DNA from: Podarcis tiliguerta
Lineage: Eukaryota
Length of the DNA stretch: 64,000 bases
Assembly (NCBI GenBank): GCA_965153285.1
Contig: OZ229114.1
Strand: one strand, 5' to 3'
This document shows positions 50,731 through 63,746 of this stretch, piece by piece. Position numbers and translations under genes: made by a program. Below the pieces are notes generated by a model. The model did no database searches. It worked only from the letters and a program-made list of their open reading frames with translations, and was not told where the DNA came from. The first letter of the stretch is position 1. Each line of letters begins with the position of its first letter.

Positions 50731-53420
50731 TACTTCCACGAAACACCACAATCTATAGCTAACCTGAAGGACTGCCATTTCCACATTGGTAAAGCAGAAG
50801 AAAATGTTAATTAATTGCCTTGATAGCCCAAGAAGCCCAGAGTGATGTACATAGTTCTCCCTCTCCCCACAACAGCCCTGTGAGGCAGGTTGGGCTCCGA
50901 GGCACTGATTGGCCGCCCAGTGAGCTTCGTGGCCAAATGGGTATTTGGACCTTGGTCTTCCAATTCCTAGTCTGACAATCTAATCACTATGTCATACTGG
51001 CTCTCTTAAGATGAAGGTGACTGATCAGCTCTAGAAGTAAATGGGATGTTCTGCTGCTGTACAAACCCACTGATACATCACTGTCATGGGAAACCACCCC
51101 TGCAAAAAAAGAGAGGTGCTACTGTGTATTCACATCTGCCTTCATCTATACACAGGTGGGCTTAAATGTGAGTTTAATCAGTTTTAACTTCTCTTTTTTT
51201 CCCACGTGGAAACTAGTTTGTAGACTCATAGAATTGTAGGGCTGGAAGGGACCCCACGAGTCATCTACTCTAGCTCCTGCGATGCAGGAATCACAGCTAA
51301 GTGGGGGGAAAGCCCTTTAAAACCTTGGGGAAGGGGAGGTGATGGGTCTGAAGCAGGGTTGAGATATGTACAGTGCTTTTTTCAAAAATAGGACACACAG
51401 TGCATGGAATGCACGCTAAACTGCAGCGTGTGAAACACATCCTAAATACAAACCCTATTAAATAAACACAAGTATAATACACAGCAAAAAGCACAGCAAT
51501 TAGTGCTGGGTGCTGAGCTGAGATTGTTGCAGGAATGCCTGGGAAAGATCAGTTGTTATTTTAAAGTTATTATATTTATGCAGCACAGTGAATACACACA
51601 GCCTGAGCAGAAATAACAGCTCGCTGCCCCAAGAGCTTAGAATCAAAGGTTTGTCAGTGCAAAGCAGCTCTAGCCAGAGTGGACTTTACACTGAACGGAT
51701 GCTGACAGTTCAATTTTGTGAGATCCGAAGCCCACCGTAGCTTTATAATCTTGCCAATAAAGCAGCGGTTGTTATTTGGAGGAACTAAATGGCCCATAGC
51801 TGCCTTTAATATGTTTCTTTTCTTTTCATTTTTCTCTAGGAGAGAATCCAGAAATGTGAGGGCTTAAGTTCTGAACCAAACACATTACTTTTGGAAATGT
51901 ATCACGATAACCTAGCCCTAGGGATTAAGGTTTGTTACTGAGGAATAGTCAGTAGGAAGTAAGAGGTTTCTCCTCATATGCCATTCCAAGACCCCTTGGC
52001 CCTCTTGGGGGGGGGGAGAGAAAATTCTATTTCCCTAATGCCTTCAGACCTCTGGAAAATCTATCAATGCCAGTTAGACACAGGTTTCCACACCCCCACT
52101 CTAGCAGTGGAACAGAGGCCTCCACACTACTTCAGAATGGGCATTTTAAAAAATAATGATTTTCATGCATAACCAATGTAGACTACATTTGAGGCACTGA
52201 CTCAAGAGGCGAAAGCTGCTGTATCCCATTACTCATATCCAGAGCCACCAGGACTTCATATGTACGAAGAATTATAGACTTGCAGATTCATCTTGACTTT
52301 TCCTGAAGAGAAAATATAATAAACTAGTACGGTGGGTGAGGCAGGTTAATCGCACACACACACAAGATCTCAGAAGAATGACGAAGCTGTGCGTCTTGTT
52401 CCAGTTTTGATGGATTTCTTCCAGTGATTAATTCAACTTGAGGAAACAACATTTTTGGAGTCTGTGGGCTATGCTGGGAATCTGACTCTCTGCAGTAACT
52501 CTTGTAAACTTGTTTGTAAAGACTGCATGGAATTTCTTTGGTTTAAAACAAGGAACATGGCCATTTTATTCTTCTTTCTCAAACAATCAAGAGCTTCTAG
52601 TTTGGAGCAGTAGGTTTGGGGTGAAGCTGTTCGTTTTTTCAGTTGTGTAGTTTGGGTTAATGAACAACTGCAGCTTCAACTTACTTCAGCATATGGGTAG
52701 GTGGTAATTTATACTGAAGTAATCCTTCCATTGGGGCAATAACAGATTAATATTTGAAGACTCCAAATCTTCACGTTCTGAAAGCTTAGCTTGCAGTCTT
52801 AAAACTACTCCAAGTGGTAGCAAGTGATTGAGAGGAAAGAATCCGTGTTAAGTTTTTCAAATGTATATCCAAATGTTTTTTCTCCTATAATTTTTTTCCA
52901 AAACAAAATGTTGTGCAAGCAGAACCAAAACAGTAGTTAAGGAGGAACTTCTTGGAAAGGAGTAACTGTACTTTATATATTTTAAACTGTCAACATATAC
53001 TCCTAATTAATCTTCTTTACACTTAGTGTAATCCGTTCCTTCAACCTGTTCTCATGGGATTTGTCTTCTGGCCTATGAAAATCTTTTTATTTTCTCCCCT
53101 GAAATTTTCCAGCTTGACAAAGTCCTTTCCTGATGGATGGACAGAGCAAATAATATAATTTTCCAGGAAATGATGCTGCTGTTGATACATCCGAAAATGG
53201 CGCTGGTTTTTGTTGTTGTTGTTGTTGTTGTACCACATTGCTGACCGAGCAGTTTGTTTTCTTCCTGGGCTGGGGCTGGCAAGACAGCGCTTCTGTCTAG
53301 AGCAGTTATTAAAAAAGAAAACCTAGTCTATTTGTGCTGGCTTCTTTAATCTTCCTGTAGTCATGAAACTCTCAACATATATTACTGCCTGTAGTTCAGT
53401 TCAGTGTTATGATATATACA

Positions 53421-53567
53421 TAGTGCTTTTCTTCTAAAAAAAATGTTTAGGGGTACTCTTTTTCCTACTCATATTGAAATACTGCCCCTCAATGAGGCCA
53501 AACTTAGATTCACAAAATGTTTAGGGGTATGTGTACCCCTGCGTACCCCCCCCAGAAAAAAACACTG
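53421..53567. mobile_element. hAT-like MITE
   Basis: TIRs tagtgcttttcttct / agaaaaaaacactg; internal repeat aaaatgtttaggggta twice; imperfect 8-bp TSD tatataca/taaacaca. Confidence 0.65.
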
Positions 53568-53697
53568 TAAACACATATATATTTTCTTTTTAAAATCCCT
53601 TTTGCTAAAGCTGGACAAATGGAATACCTGAGCACTGGGATGCATTTATGCAACCAAAGTCTGTATTTCCTCATAGACAATCTTCCACTGAGCCAGT

Positions 53698-53985
53698 GAG
53701 ACCCAGTGTGGTGTAGTGGTTAAGAGTGGTAGACTCGTAATCTGGGGAACCGGGTTCGCGTCTCCGGTCCTCCACATGCAGCTGCTGGGTGACCTTGGGC
53801 CAGTCACACTTCTTTGAAGTCTCTCAGCCCCACTCACCTCACAGAGTGTTTGTTGTTGGGGAGGAGGGGAAAGGAGATTGTTAGCCGCTTTGAGACTCCT
53901 TCAGGAAGTGATAAAGTGGCATATCAAATCCAAACTCCTCCTCCTCCTCCTCTTCTTCTTCTTCTTCTTCTTCTTCTTCTTCTTC
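53698..53985 (+). mobile_element. tRNA-derived SINE (Squam2-like) with (CTC)n(CTT)n tail
   Basis: A-box tggtgtagtggtt, B-box-like gggttcgcgtc, gtgaccttgggccagtcac core, microsatellite tail. Confidence 0.75.
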
Positions 53986-56900
53986 CATGGTTAGCTTGCC
54001 AGTAGTATGTGAGGTCGGAGCACAGAGCAACATGGGGGCAGTAATGGATGTGAGCCTTGTCCTTTTACAGTGGGCTTCATTGCAGTCACATAAAGGTCTG
54101 ATTTTTCTGCACAAAGGTAATCTAGGAGCGTGTGTAACAAGGCCAGTGAGGGCCATGGCCTGGTCAGAATCTCAAGGGTCTGGTAGAGAGGCCTGGAGTG
54201 CCACACTAGCATTCCTTGCTCCTAGTTCTTTAGCTACTTATAATACCAAGGCCAACTCTTGCTCCTGGGTGGATAGTGCACTTCGCCTCACTCACCAAAC
54301 CTGGTACCCCTTCTCTTGCCCTAGAAAACTAGATTGGCTGTGAGTTCTGGAAGACCTGCTCCCTGCCTTGGAGGTCTTTTCCCACCTGGCCTGAGAGGGC
54401 AGGGCCCTGATTGACTCCAACTACAAAAGCTGACGCTGCTGAACAGATACTTGGGCTGGGGTGTTTTTAAGGAGGTTGGGAGGGGGGCGTTGTTGTTGTT
54501 GATGTCATTTATTTGTATCTTTATTTCTAGATCTTATAATGACTTGTGTGGAAACTGTTCAATTATGGTTGTGTACTTTTTGATGTGTTTTATTGTTTAT
54601 TACTGCTTTTGTTATGTTTGTAATTATGTAGTCTTTTCATGTTGTAAGCTCCCTTGAGCATGGTTTTAAACTATGGAAAGGCAGCATGCAAATTAAACGA
54701 GGATAGGAAGACACCTCCCTGAGATACCTTGCAATTTTAGAAATCTGGCACATACTGAAGGATGCACGCCAGCAGTGGGAAGAAATCAACCTCAGATTTT
54801 GTTTTTTGTTGGGTAAGATTAGGCTGAACTTTATTAAATATAGTTTTACATCATGTACTTTAAAATATTCCCTCAAGCACACACTCCTGTTTTTTCTAGT
54901 AAAATATATCCGGTAAAAGTATTTATTCCTCATGAATGGTTCCTATTTAGTTCAAGTTCCTTCCTTCCTCTTGAGGTTATTAAACTGGTTGGTTTATTAG
55001 TTCATTATTAGATGTCACTATTCTTTAATTATAATGTGGTTTATGTCTCTGAAGTCTCCTCCCCCTGGAAAAATGGCGAGTCTATTAGACGAGCCCAATA
55101 GATCATTCTGACAGGGTTAGAGACTGAGCCCCTCAAAAGGGCATACAGTTAGCAAGCAGTGGCTGTTGATATGCCCTAACTCACAGCTGCTATTTTCCAG
55201 CTGCTGTGCTATACATAAAAAAATATATTTAAAACTGCAATGTTGTTTGTTCAAAAACACAACTCGCTGTGTATTTTCCTTCATCCGACAAATGTGTTAA
55301 ATATCATACAGGTTAAGCATTCCATTTAAGAGACATATGGCAAATAAAGGCACCTTACCAAGTCTCACAGAATATAAACACCTTCTGGAGATAATGAATA
55401 AATATTCATTGCACGCAAGAAGAACATATTAACCTTTCGTGCTTCGGATATTTGCTTTGCTCATGCAAAGTCAACTCTTCTTTTCGAGACAGTCTTTAAC
55501 TTGATCGTTTCTCAGAACCACTGAAGGAACACAGAGGACTTGAAGTGCTCAAATATCACATGGAAGAGGGGGAAAAACAAGTTTCTGCACTATCTTATTG
55601 TAATTGCCAATTTAGTTTTAATGAAATGTCAAATGCATATTATCTGCTGCCACTGCCAGCTGTTTCAGATTTTTAGAAAACGAAAATGGTGGTCTGGAGG
55701 AATTTGCCAAAGATTTCATAGCTGGCTTATTTCCGTTGGATCCATCTGCTAGATAGTCCTTTCAAAGGGAAATCTCCATTATCCATTGTCTGCTTGAAAT
55801 ATGCTATTGCTGGATGTTATGGGGTGAGAGACATGTGAACTTATTAACATTATGAACATGATACTTATAGGCTGTAGCTTACTGTGCTTTATATTGGATT
55901 AGGTAAGCCATACTCTTGCTGCTGTATCAGCCCTGACCCCGTATGGAAAATCTACGTGGCCTTTTAGATGAAAATTATATTTATATACCTTCCTCTAGCA
56001 AGCACATCAGGCAACAAAGGCAGAGCTTGACACAACATTTCCAAACCTTTGAACCAGAGTATTTTCCTGGTTCTTGGCTATGGTTGGTTGCTGGACTCAC
56101 TTCACTTGTCATTAGCTGAGGCCAAGCTCCTTACTCTAGATCTCCTTGTATCCAGTCCCAACACGGTATCTGTGACCCCTCATGCAGTGCTCTAGGTTCC
56201 GGATTGCATCTCACTCAGCAGAGCTGGTACGTAGATCGATTTGCCTCAGGAATACAGTTTGGACCATTAGCTTTTGTTCTTTTACAGATCTATGGTGATG
56301 TGGCCGGGAAGGCCACAAACAGGACGAGAAGCACTCCATTGCCTCTTGAGACAGATGGATGCCAACAACTGGGGCTGGTGGGAATTGAACAGCATCTGGA
56401 GATCTTTCCCCTTCCCATTTCAGAGTACCACAGTCATGTACATATGCTAAGAGTTTATCCTGGTGTCCTGCTCATCCATTCCTAGTTCCCTTGCCTCCTT
56501 TTTTCGCCATCCAGTTTTTATACAGATTTGTGAAGGCCCCACTGTTAAGCACATGTGTTCTCTAAACTGCACTACATTTCAGCAATCATAGTAATGGAAA
56601 CTTCCCTCCTTTTTGTCCCAGCAATGCCTCTTCCATTTTGCTGAACAGGTCAAATAAACATGTGTCTCTTGAAATCAGGGTTTCATAAACACATCCGGCG
56701 CTGCCTGACTGGAGACACCTTTCCTCTTGTTCTGAGGTATTTATACAATTTACAGCAAGCTGTCTTGGAAGGTTGACTGACGCTCTCCAGCATAGCCAGG
56801 AGCATCTGCAAACTCTGCATATTAAATTAAGAAATTCTCTCTCCCCCCCCCCCCACCACATCCTCACAAGTTCCTACAGGAGAACAATTTCACCCTTCAG

Positions 56901-59031
56901 CATTTTGCCTTTGGCGCAGTACAAGGTTAAACTTTCTTTTCATTAATCCTGACTTGGTGCCACTTGAAACAATAACAACAACAAAACAGTTAAAGGAACA
57001 TTCTGTGTCCTGTTACTTATCTATTTTTCTTAATGTGCCATTAGCATGATTCACTCTGATAATTTAGTTTAAGACTCAAATGTCTATACAAATATTATAG
57101 ATTTGCACTGCTGTTTTTTATAGACAGCCATGCCACATCTGTACTGCCTCTTGAGTAAATATCAGGTTAAATCCCTATGGTTGATTACCAGACATAAGCA
57201 TGCCAGCTGATATTATTTTATTGCCTAGAAGATTAGGACACTTATATTTTTAAGTGTTTCAATTTTAAAAAAACACACCCACCCATCCACCCAAAGACCT
57301 ATTTTCGTGCCTTGAATGTGGTGTTGTAAAGGAATTATGCATCATATGAGGCACTTTATTATTACGTCATGTATTCCTAGGCTAATCATTAAAGGCAACT
57401 TAGATGCCTCTAAGGCCTGCAGCCTAGGCGGCTGCCTAGTTGGCCTCATGATGGCACTGGCTCTTGGCTGAGGGGAGAATTGAACCCTGAACCCAGGTCT
57501 AGTCCAACACTAACCACTGCACTACACTGGTTCCATATTTCTTTCCTGAGGGCTCCAAACTGTACAGGTGTAGACAATAAAGAAGCGGAAGATACTTAGA
57601 GATTAAAAAAAACGTTTTTTTGACAAGGGTCCCACTGTACAGAAGAAATGTTCTATGACATGTAAAGAAGAAATTGCAGGATTACGAGAAACCACAACTA
57701 ACACAGGTGTCTTTTACAGTGAGTAAAGAGTTTGTTGGAAGCCCATAGTGTATATGTGTAGTGTACCAGCCTCATAGTTAGTGAGTGGGATGCACTGGGA
57801 ATCATTCAAAAGTTTGGAAATTAGCAATTAGTCATTTCATGACAGAGGAGACAGGAAACCTAGACAAAGTAGTTATTAAAAGGGATCCATTTTTATGTTC
57901 AGGCAGGTTCCTACAGGAATCAGGTTGAAGCAAAATTCCAACTTATGAAAGCACCACTTTCAGCTGTGTAGGATATAGTTGGTTTTTGTTTTGAGAAGCT
58001 AATTAGGTTTTTTATTATTATTATAAGTCTATTTATATCCCATCTTTGCACCTATAGGCACATTCATTGTGCTCCAAATTAGTATTAGTTGCTGGGAATT
58101 AAATCTTGATAGACAGCTATAGGCAGAGCTGGATGTCCGTGCCAAAAACACTCGAGTGTGATAACGAGAAGCAAATTCTGCTGCAATGGCATTATGTAAA
58201 TACTGGGGGAAATGAATACGCATTAATGTATTATAAGTGCAATATTTGCTTTTTGGGGTTTTGGTAAAGTTTTAATTGATTTTTATTGAAAATTTATTCA
58301 AGAAAGGGGGGGGGGAATCCTCAAAAGGGAAAAAAGCACAAAAGGAAAAAGGAAAAAGAAATGCTTCAGCTCAAATTAATGATACAATAAGCAATGCATG
58401 GAGACGTATGCTGGTAGAACAGTGGGGGCAATCATTACCTACTATGTACCCAAACATGGGCACCTGAAAACTACTTGAGTTTGAGATTGCAGGTCCCCAT
58501 TTGGAGTCTTGAGTAGATGCTTGATTTTTCTTTCAAGAAGTAAAACAAATACATCTTTTGTTTCACTTTTAAAATGGATATAGACTTAAATTCTTATAGT
58601 TTTTAAGAGGGTTAGATAAAGGAGGGTATTTAAGAGGATATTTATGGAGCATATGGCTATCAATGACTACCAGCCATGATGGCTGCGTTCTACCTCAGGA
58701 GCAGGAAACTGGATGCAGCCAACATGCCAGATCCTTACCCCTCCATGGGGCAACTTTGATGGGTGGGTGGAGCTGCCTACCTGTTGATCACCTCATGCCA
58801 TTATGATATCAGGTGACAACTCCAAAAGGGCTTGTTTTCAGCGCTGGTCAACTAATGACCCCTTTAAAGGAGTGCCATCAGCACCAATCAGCTGATTGAT
58901 GCTGACTCCGCATGATGGCACAACTCTAATTCTCAAAAAGTGTGGCAAAGCTAGTTGTGGTTGTGTGGATTTTTGTGGCTGTCATTTTGATTCCCCACCC
59001 TGATATGTTGATATTCTTGAAATATGCTGAG

Positions 59032-59075
<44 letters not shown>

Positions 59076-59079
<4 letters not shown>

Positions 59080-59289
59080 GGTACCTCGGGTTACAAACGC
59101 TTCGGGTTACAAACTCCACTAACCCGGAAGTAGTTACCTTGGGTTGTGAACTTTGCTCCAGGATGAGAATGGAAATTGTGCGGTGGTGGCGGGAAGCCCT
59201 GTTAGCGAAAGTGCACCTCAGGTTAAGAATGGTTTCAGGTTAAGAACGGACCTACGGAACGAATTAAGTTCGTAACCCGAGGTACCACT
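59076..59289. mobile_element. Tigger/pogo-like MITE variant (inverted relative to the other copies) flanked by (AC)n and (TG)n
   Basis: TIRs CAGTGGTACCTCGGGTTAC / GTAACCCGAGGTACCACT; (AC)n 59037-59076, (TG)n 59291-59316. Confidence 0.85.
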
Positions 59290-60064
59290 TTGTGTGTGTG
59301 TGTGTGTGTGTGTGTGTCGAGAGAGAGAGAGAGAGTTAGTACTGAGGCAAATGAGTAACTGGAGATGTTTTGTTGACAGATTTGCACTGGTACATATTCT
59401 GGAGCAATAAACATTTTCCATTTTTGAGGTGTTTGTAGTTCTGTGTAACCTGACTTCTACACCACAGGGCGGCTTTTTGTATTTTAAAGGATAATCATTT
59501 ATTAGAAACTCTGACTTGCTCATAAACTATTCAAAGAAGGGACTCTGGGGCTTTGCTCATTAAAAAACGTGCTGACACTGTTGGTCACTTTGTTCTGGGA
59601 AGTTTTATGCTGCAGTCAGAGTAAGCATTCCATGCGTGGTTTGCAAAGAAAAATGGCCAATTGATGAAGTCAGGTGCCAGTCAGAGGCTGAGGTGAAGAG
59701 AGTGAGACCTCAGCATGGGAGAAAGACCTATTTTACCCATTAAAATGACTTAGTACGTTGTCAACAGTGGAAGTGATGCTATTTCAGTTGGGTCCCCAGA
59801 GCCATCATCTGGCTGCGGCACTCTGAGAATGCAGGACGACAGGGCAGTTACAAACGCACCTTACTTTCCTTAGGAGGCAACAGTGGTATTAAAGCACAGT
59901 TTAAACATTTACATCTTTAAAATGCAAAAGCACAAAATCAGTTTTCTCTTTGTTTCCCCATCCCCCATGTCCATGAATTTGCTCTATTTGTCCCCATCCC
60001 TCAATATATTTGTCAGCCTAATATCTTCTCTGTTGCGTGTTGAGTCCCACAATGCCACCCCCCA

Positions 60065-60841
60065 AAAAATTCACACTTCACACATCAATTTTTTGTTTAG
60101 GTTTTTGGCATAATTTTGGCCACAACTTTATTCAAATACAAAAAATGTGAGTGGTTGCTTAGGCATTGGTTATGACTATCTGTCCTTGCCCTCAGGGACA
60201 GAGCTGGTCTTCCGGACTCCAACGGAAGCCAGCGTGGGAAACAATTATTGGGTGAGAAAATGAAGCTGGGCATCAGTCCCTCACTTCTCACCCTCATGTT
60301 CCTGTGGGGCTTGCACGGCCCAAGTCCGATGCCAGGGACAAGGACGAAAATAATGGCAAGCCCCTGGATTCCTTTAACGGAATTCCCTTTCCACATCATT
60401 TGGAGGGGTAGGCACTTACCCCTCCAAGCACCAATTTAACCAATGCCTAACCGCCAACCTTACAAGTTGTGACGATTTGCTACGCAGTAGGCAAAAACCA
60501 AATGGCACCAGCCAATCAGCCAGATGGCAAAATTCCTACCATGCCCCCGCACCAAGGCGGGCGACACCTAGACAGGCATAGCAAGGTCAAGCTATCATAA
60601 ACCACCCTATTAAAGGGAGGGAGGGCGGGTGATCCGCTGCAAAACGGCCAAGAGGCCGTGCCAACGTCTGTCCCCTGTATTTATAGACTCTGACCCCTCC
60701 TCCAAATTGGCAACAATCAATACTCCCCAGCAACCCAATTTAACCATTTACCGGCTGGGTTCCTTTCAAAACTGCCAAGTCATGGCAAGGTGGCCTGTTC
60801 CCCCAACCGCAACACGTGCTCTCTTTTAGGGAGAACACGCT
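60065..60841 (-). mobile_element. LTR-like repeat (possibly DIRS/Ngaro-type) with CCAAT, TATA, structured body and poly(A) signal
   Basis: Minus strand: CCAAT (60706-60710), TATAAATA (60678-60685), AATAAA (60127-60132), GT-rich downstream tract; partial second copy at 35068-35464. The family assignment is a guess from remembered motifs. Confidence 0.55.
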
Positions 60842-62562
60842 ATGTGCTAGTTTTCCACGTGAAGGTTCTTCTTCCTCTCCTCCTCCAACCCATTGCAGTC
60901 TGCAGTGCTATTGCCTGAACTCTTGTTATTTGTAAGATCTATGCCTCAGTGGGGATTAATCTCAGGGTAGCCATGTGTCCACCACACTTCAACAATTATC
61001 ATATTATGTAACACCTTGTTTTTAACAATGTTGATTCCTTTTTAAATTCAGAATACCTGCGTTATTCATGTTAAATAGTTTGATATAATACATTGTATGG
61101 TATTTCCCCCCCTCACATTCTAAGGTTCTCCTAACACCTTAATCCGTTGCTTTAATAAGGGAGACATTAAAACAAGGTGCAAACATTGAAATTTGAAATC
61201 CACTACACTCAGGGAATAGACGCAGGGAATAGCGGCTTTCACAGTGGCTCCTGCGGCAGAAATGGGACAAAGCACCGGGGGCGGAACAAAATCAGGAGCA
61301 CACAAGGGATCACTTTTTTTAACACTGTAGGTTCCAGGGTTTGGATCCTGAGTTGAGGGAGCTTTTGCTTCTCTCCTTCCGTCCCTCCTCCGCTTGCCTG
61401 CCTTCTTCCCATCCTCTCCCTGCCTATGGTCAGCGCCAGACTCTGCTCTGTGGGGCTTTCGGTGTCGCTCCTCCTCCTCTGAGGAGACCCAAGGAGACTC
61501 CTGAGGGCGGCGGACCCGCTGCTGGGCGCCCCTGCTGGGCGGGCGCCATGACGCATGGCGCCACTCAGCCAAATGGAAAAGACAGCCCTGTATGGAATTG
61601 CTACCACAGGATATATCAAAGGCCACAAGCTTGGTTGGACAAATTAATGGAGAGTAACTCTTGTCAGTGGCTACTAGCCATGATGGCTATAATAGCACAG
61701 TACAGGTATGCTCTGAATACCAGCTACTGAGGATTACAGAGGTTATCCTTCATCTAACCACCAAGACAGAGTTCACAATAAAGCAAAACTTGATGGGGTT
61801 TCTGTAGAGAGCAATTCTCGAGCCTATTGCAAATCCAACTGATACTGAAATGGTAACACGGAAACAATTCCTGAACCAAAACACAGTTACATAAAAAAAA
61901 GCAAGTGCCTATGATTGCATTTGTTCTTTGTGCTCTGATGACAGTTGTAAAAGTTGCACATGCAACTGCTAGCCATCTGCAAAACCCACCAGAGATTGCA
62001 GACTGGCCTCTGCAGTAATGTTTTCAGTATTATAAAAGATAATAAAGCTATAAAGAGGCAGAGGCAGCTGCTCGGATTCTCTGCTCTCCAGGTGTTGTTT
62101 ATAGGCAGGCAAACAGGCACCTTTCAGAATACTATGCTTTAAGGTCACTCTGACTGCAGGCAGTTGTCAGAGATTAAAGGTGAGCTGAGTGCAGATGAAC
62201 GTGAACAACATATTTGCCATATGTGCCTGGGGAACTTTGGCATGTTTTTTGTTCTTAGCATTCCTGTGCAAAGCCACAGCTTTCCATATTGGATGGTAAA
62301 GAATGCAGTATATCATTTGCAGTGCAATTCTATACATGCCCACTCAGAAGTAAACTTTGGTTTGTTCAATTGGACTTTCTCATAACAACAATGTAAGGAG
62401 AGCCGTGCTGGATGTGACCAAATGACCATCGAATCTTGCATCCCGCCCCCATCCTTTTCTCAGGGCTTACAATGGCTTATGATCTGCCACTCTCAGCTCA
62501 GCTAGCTGAAACCCAGCTGAGCAAGGATGGTGGACTTGTGGTAGAAGATCTCTGGCTGGGCT

Positions 62563-62726
62563 GGGGCTGGGGACCTACCGTGCCATACTAGCCCAGCTGA
62601 AGCAGAGAAGTAACCATCTGAACTGGAGACCTACTGGATCCCCGGTTCCCCACTGGATCTCTGGTTCAAATGGTTAGTTCCCACCTCAGCTGGGCGGCTA
62701 GTATGTCAGTGTAAGTCCCCAACCCC
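62563..62726. repeat. Long imperfect inverted repeat (probable palindromic MITE relic)
   Basis: Paired blocks GGGGCTGGGGAC/GTCCCCAACCCC, CATACTAGC/GCTAGTATG, CCCAGCTGA/TCAGCTGGG, TAACCAT/ATGGTTA. Confidence 0.7.
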
Positions 62727-63515
62727 GGCGGATCTGAGCAAAGGATTGCTTCCTTTTGTACATAATGGAAGCTGTTGGCACAACCTTTTATTTATTTGAT
62801 GGCCACCAATTTGGGAAGCATTAAAAGTAGATTAGTCAAATCATTGGATGAAAAGGCTTTGCTTGAAAACTACATGGCAATTTCTTGTACATTGTACATG
62901 GCAGTGTACAATTCCCCCCCCCCCCAAATTGAATAAAAACAAACAGTGTCAAAGTTCTTTGAGACTCTGCAAAGACAATGTCCCAGGTGTAAAAGTCAAT
63001 GAAATACAAACAATTCACCATGGTATTATATTCTTTGGCTGTCCTTGAAGTCTTTTTTCTTTTCCTACAATTTCTACCCCCAACCATGTTCTCTTTTTCT
63101 TCCCTCGCAGTTATGTTTTGTGTTTTCTAAATTACAGGTTTCTAAGGGAGGATGATGTCATCTGTCATGCAGCGCTTAATAAATATGAGCAACAGGGAAT
63201 ATATTTTAGTTAATAAGTAGTTAAAGAACCCCATCGAAACATGCTGGGCTGTTTATACTTGCAATGCAGTCCCATGCGTGGTTACTCAGAAGTAAGCCCC
63301 ACGTTCGTTAATGGGGCTTACTCCCAGGTAAATGTTCACTGTTGTGCAGCTTAGTTATAGTCATAGCCTAGTCACTGGCCAAAAGGCCCATGCTGCCTTG
63401 CTTCCTATTATCATCTCAAAATGAGCACACTGTAATTTTATTTCCCACTGTTTCTCTTCTTAGAAAACAGGGAGCCACTGTGTGCACATGGCTCTAGATC
63501 ATGATCAGCATACAC

Positions 63516-63746
63516 CAGGGGTCAGCAACCTTTTCCATCCCTCAGACCATGTGGTGGGCCGGACTATATTTTGGAAAAAAAATTGAACAAATTCCTGTGC
63601 CCCATAAATAACCCAGAGATGCATTTTAAATAAAAGCACACATTCTACTCATGTAAAAACATGCTGTTTCCCGGACCATCTGTGGGCTGGATTGAGAAGG
63701 CAGTTGGGCTGCATTCGGCCCCCGGGCCTTAGGTTGCCTACCCCTG
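63516..63746. mobile_element. hAT-Charlie-type MITE
   Basis: TIRs CAGGGGTCAGCAACCT/AGGTTGCCTACCCCTG; perfect 8-bp TSD GCATACAC at 63508-63515 and 63747-63754. Confidence 0.9.

Noticed and set aside
53881-54156. Poly-Glu ORF
   Set aside because: Translation of the (CTT)n SINE tail
54134-54424. TGTAAC...ACTACA possible solo LTR
   Set aside because: No target-site duplication found
60173-60436. Possible self-cleaving ribozyme or mascRNA-like tRNA mimic in the structured repeat
   Set aside because: I could not find a hammerhead CUGAUGA/GAAA core in proper context, an HDV-like pseudoknot, or a T-loop cloverleaf by eye; an Infernal scan is needed
61120-61730. GC-rich region with 129-168 aa ORFs
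   Set aside because: Low-complexity translations. It ends in ...CAGCCCTG with a GGCGCCATGACGCATGGCGCC palindrome, so it is more likely a DNA-transposon fragment; I could not find the other end or a TSD
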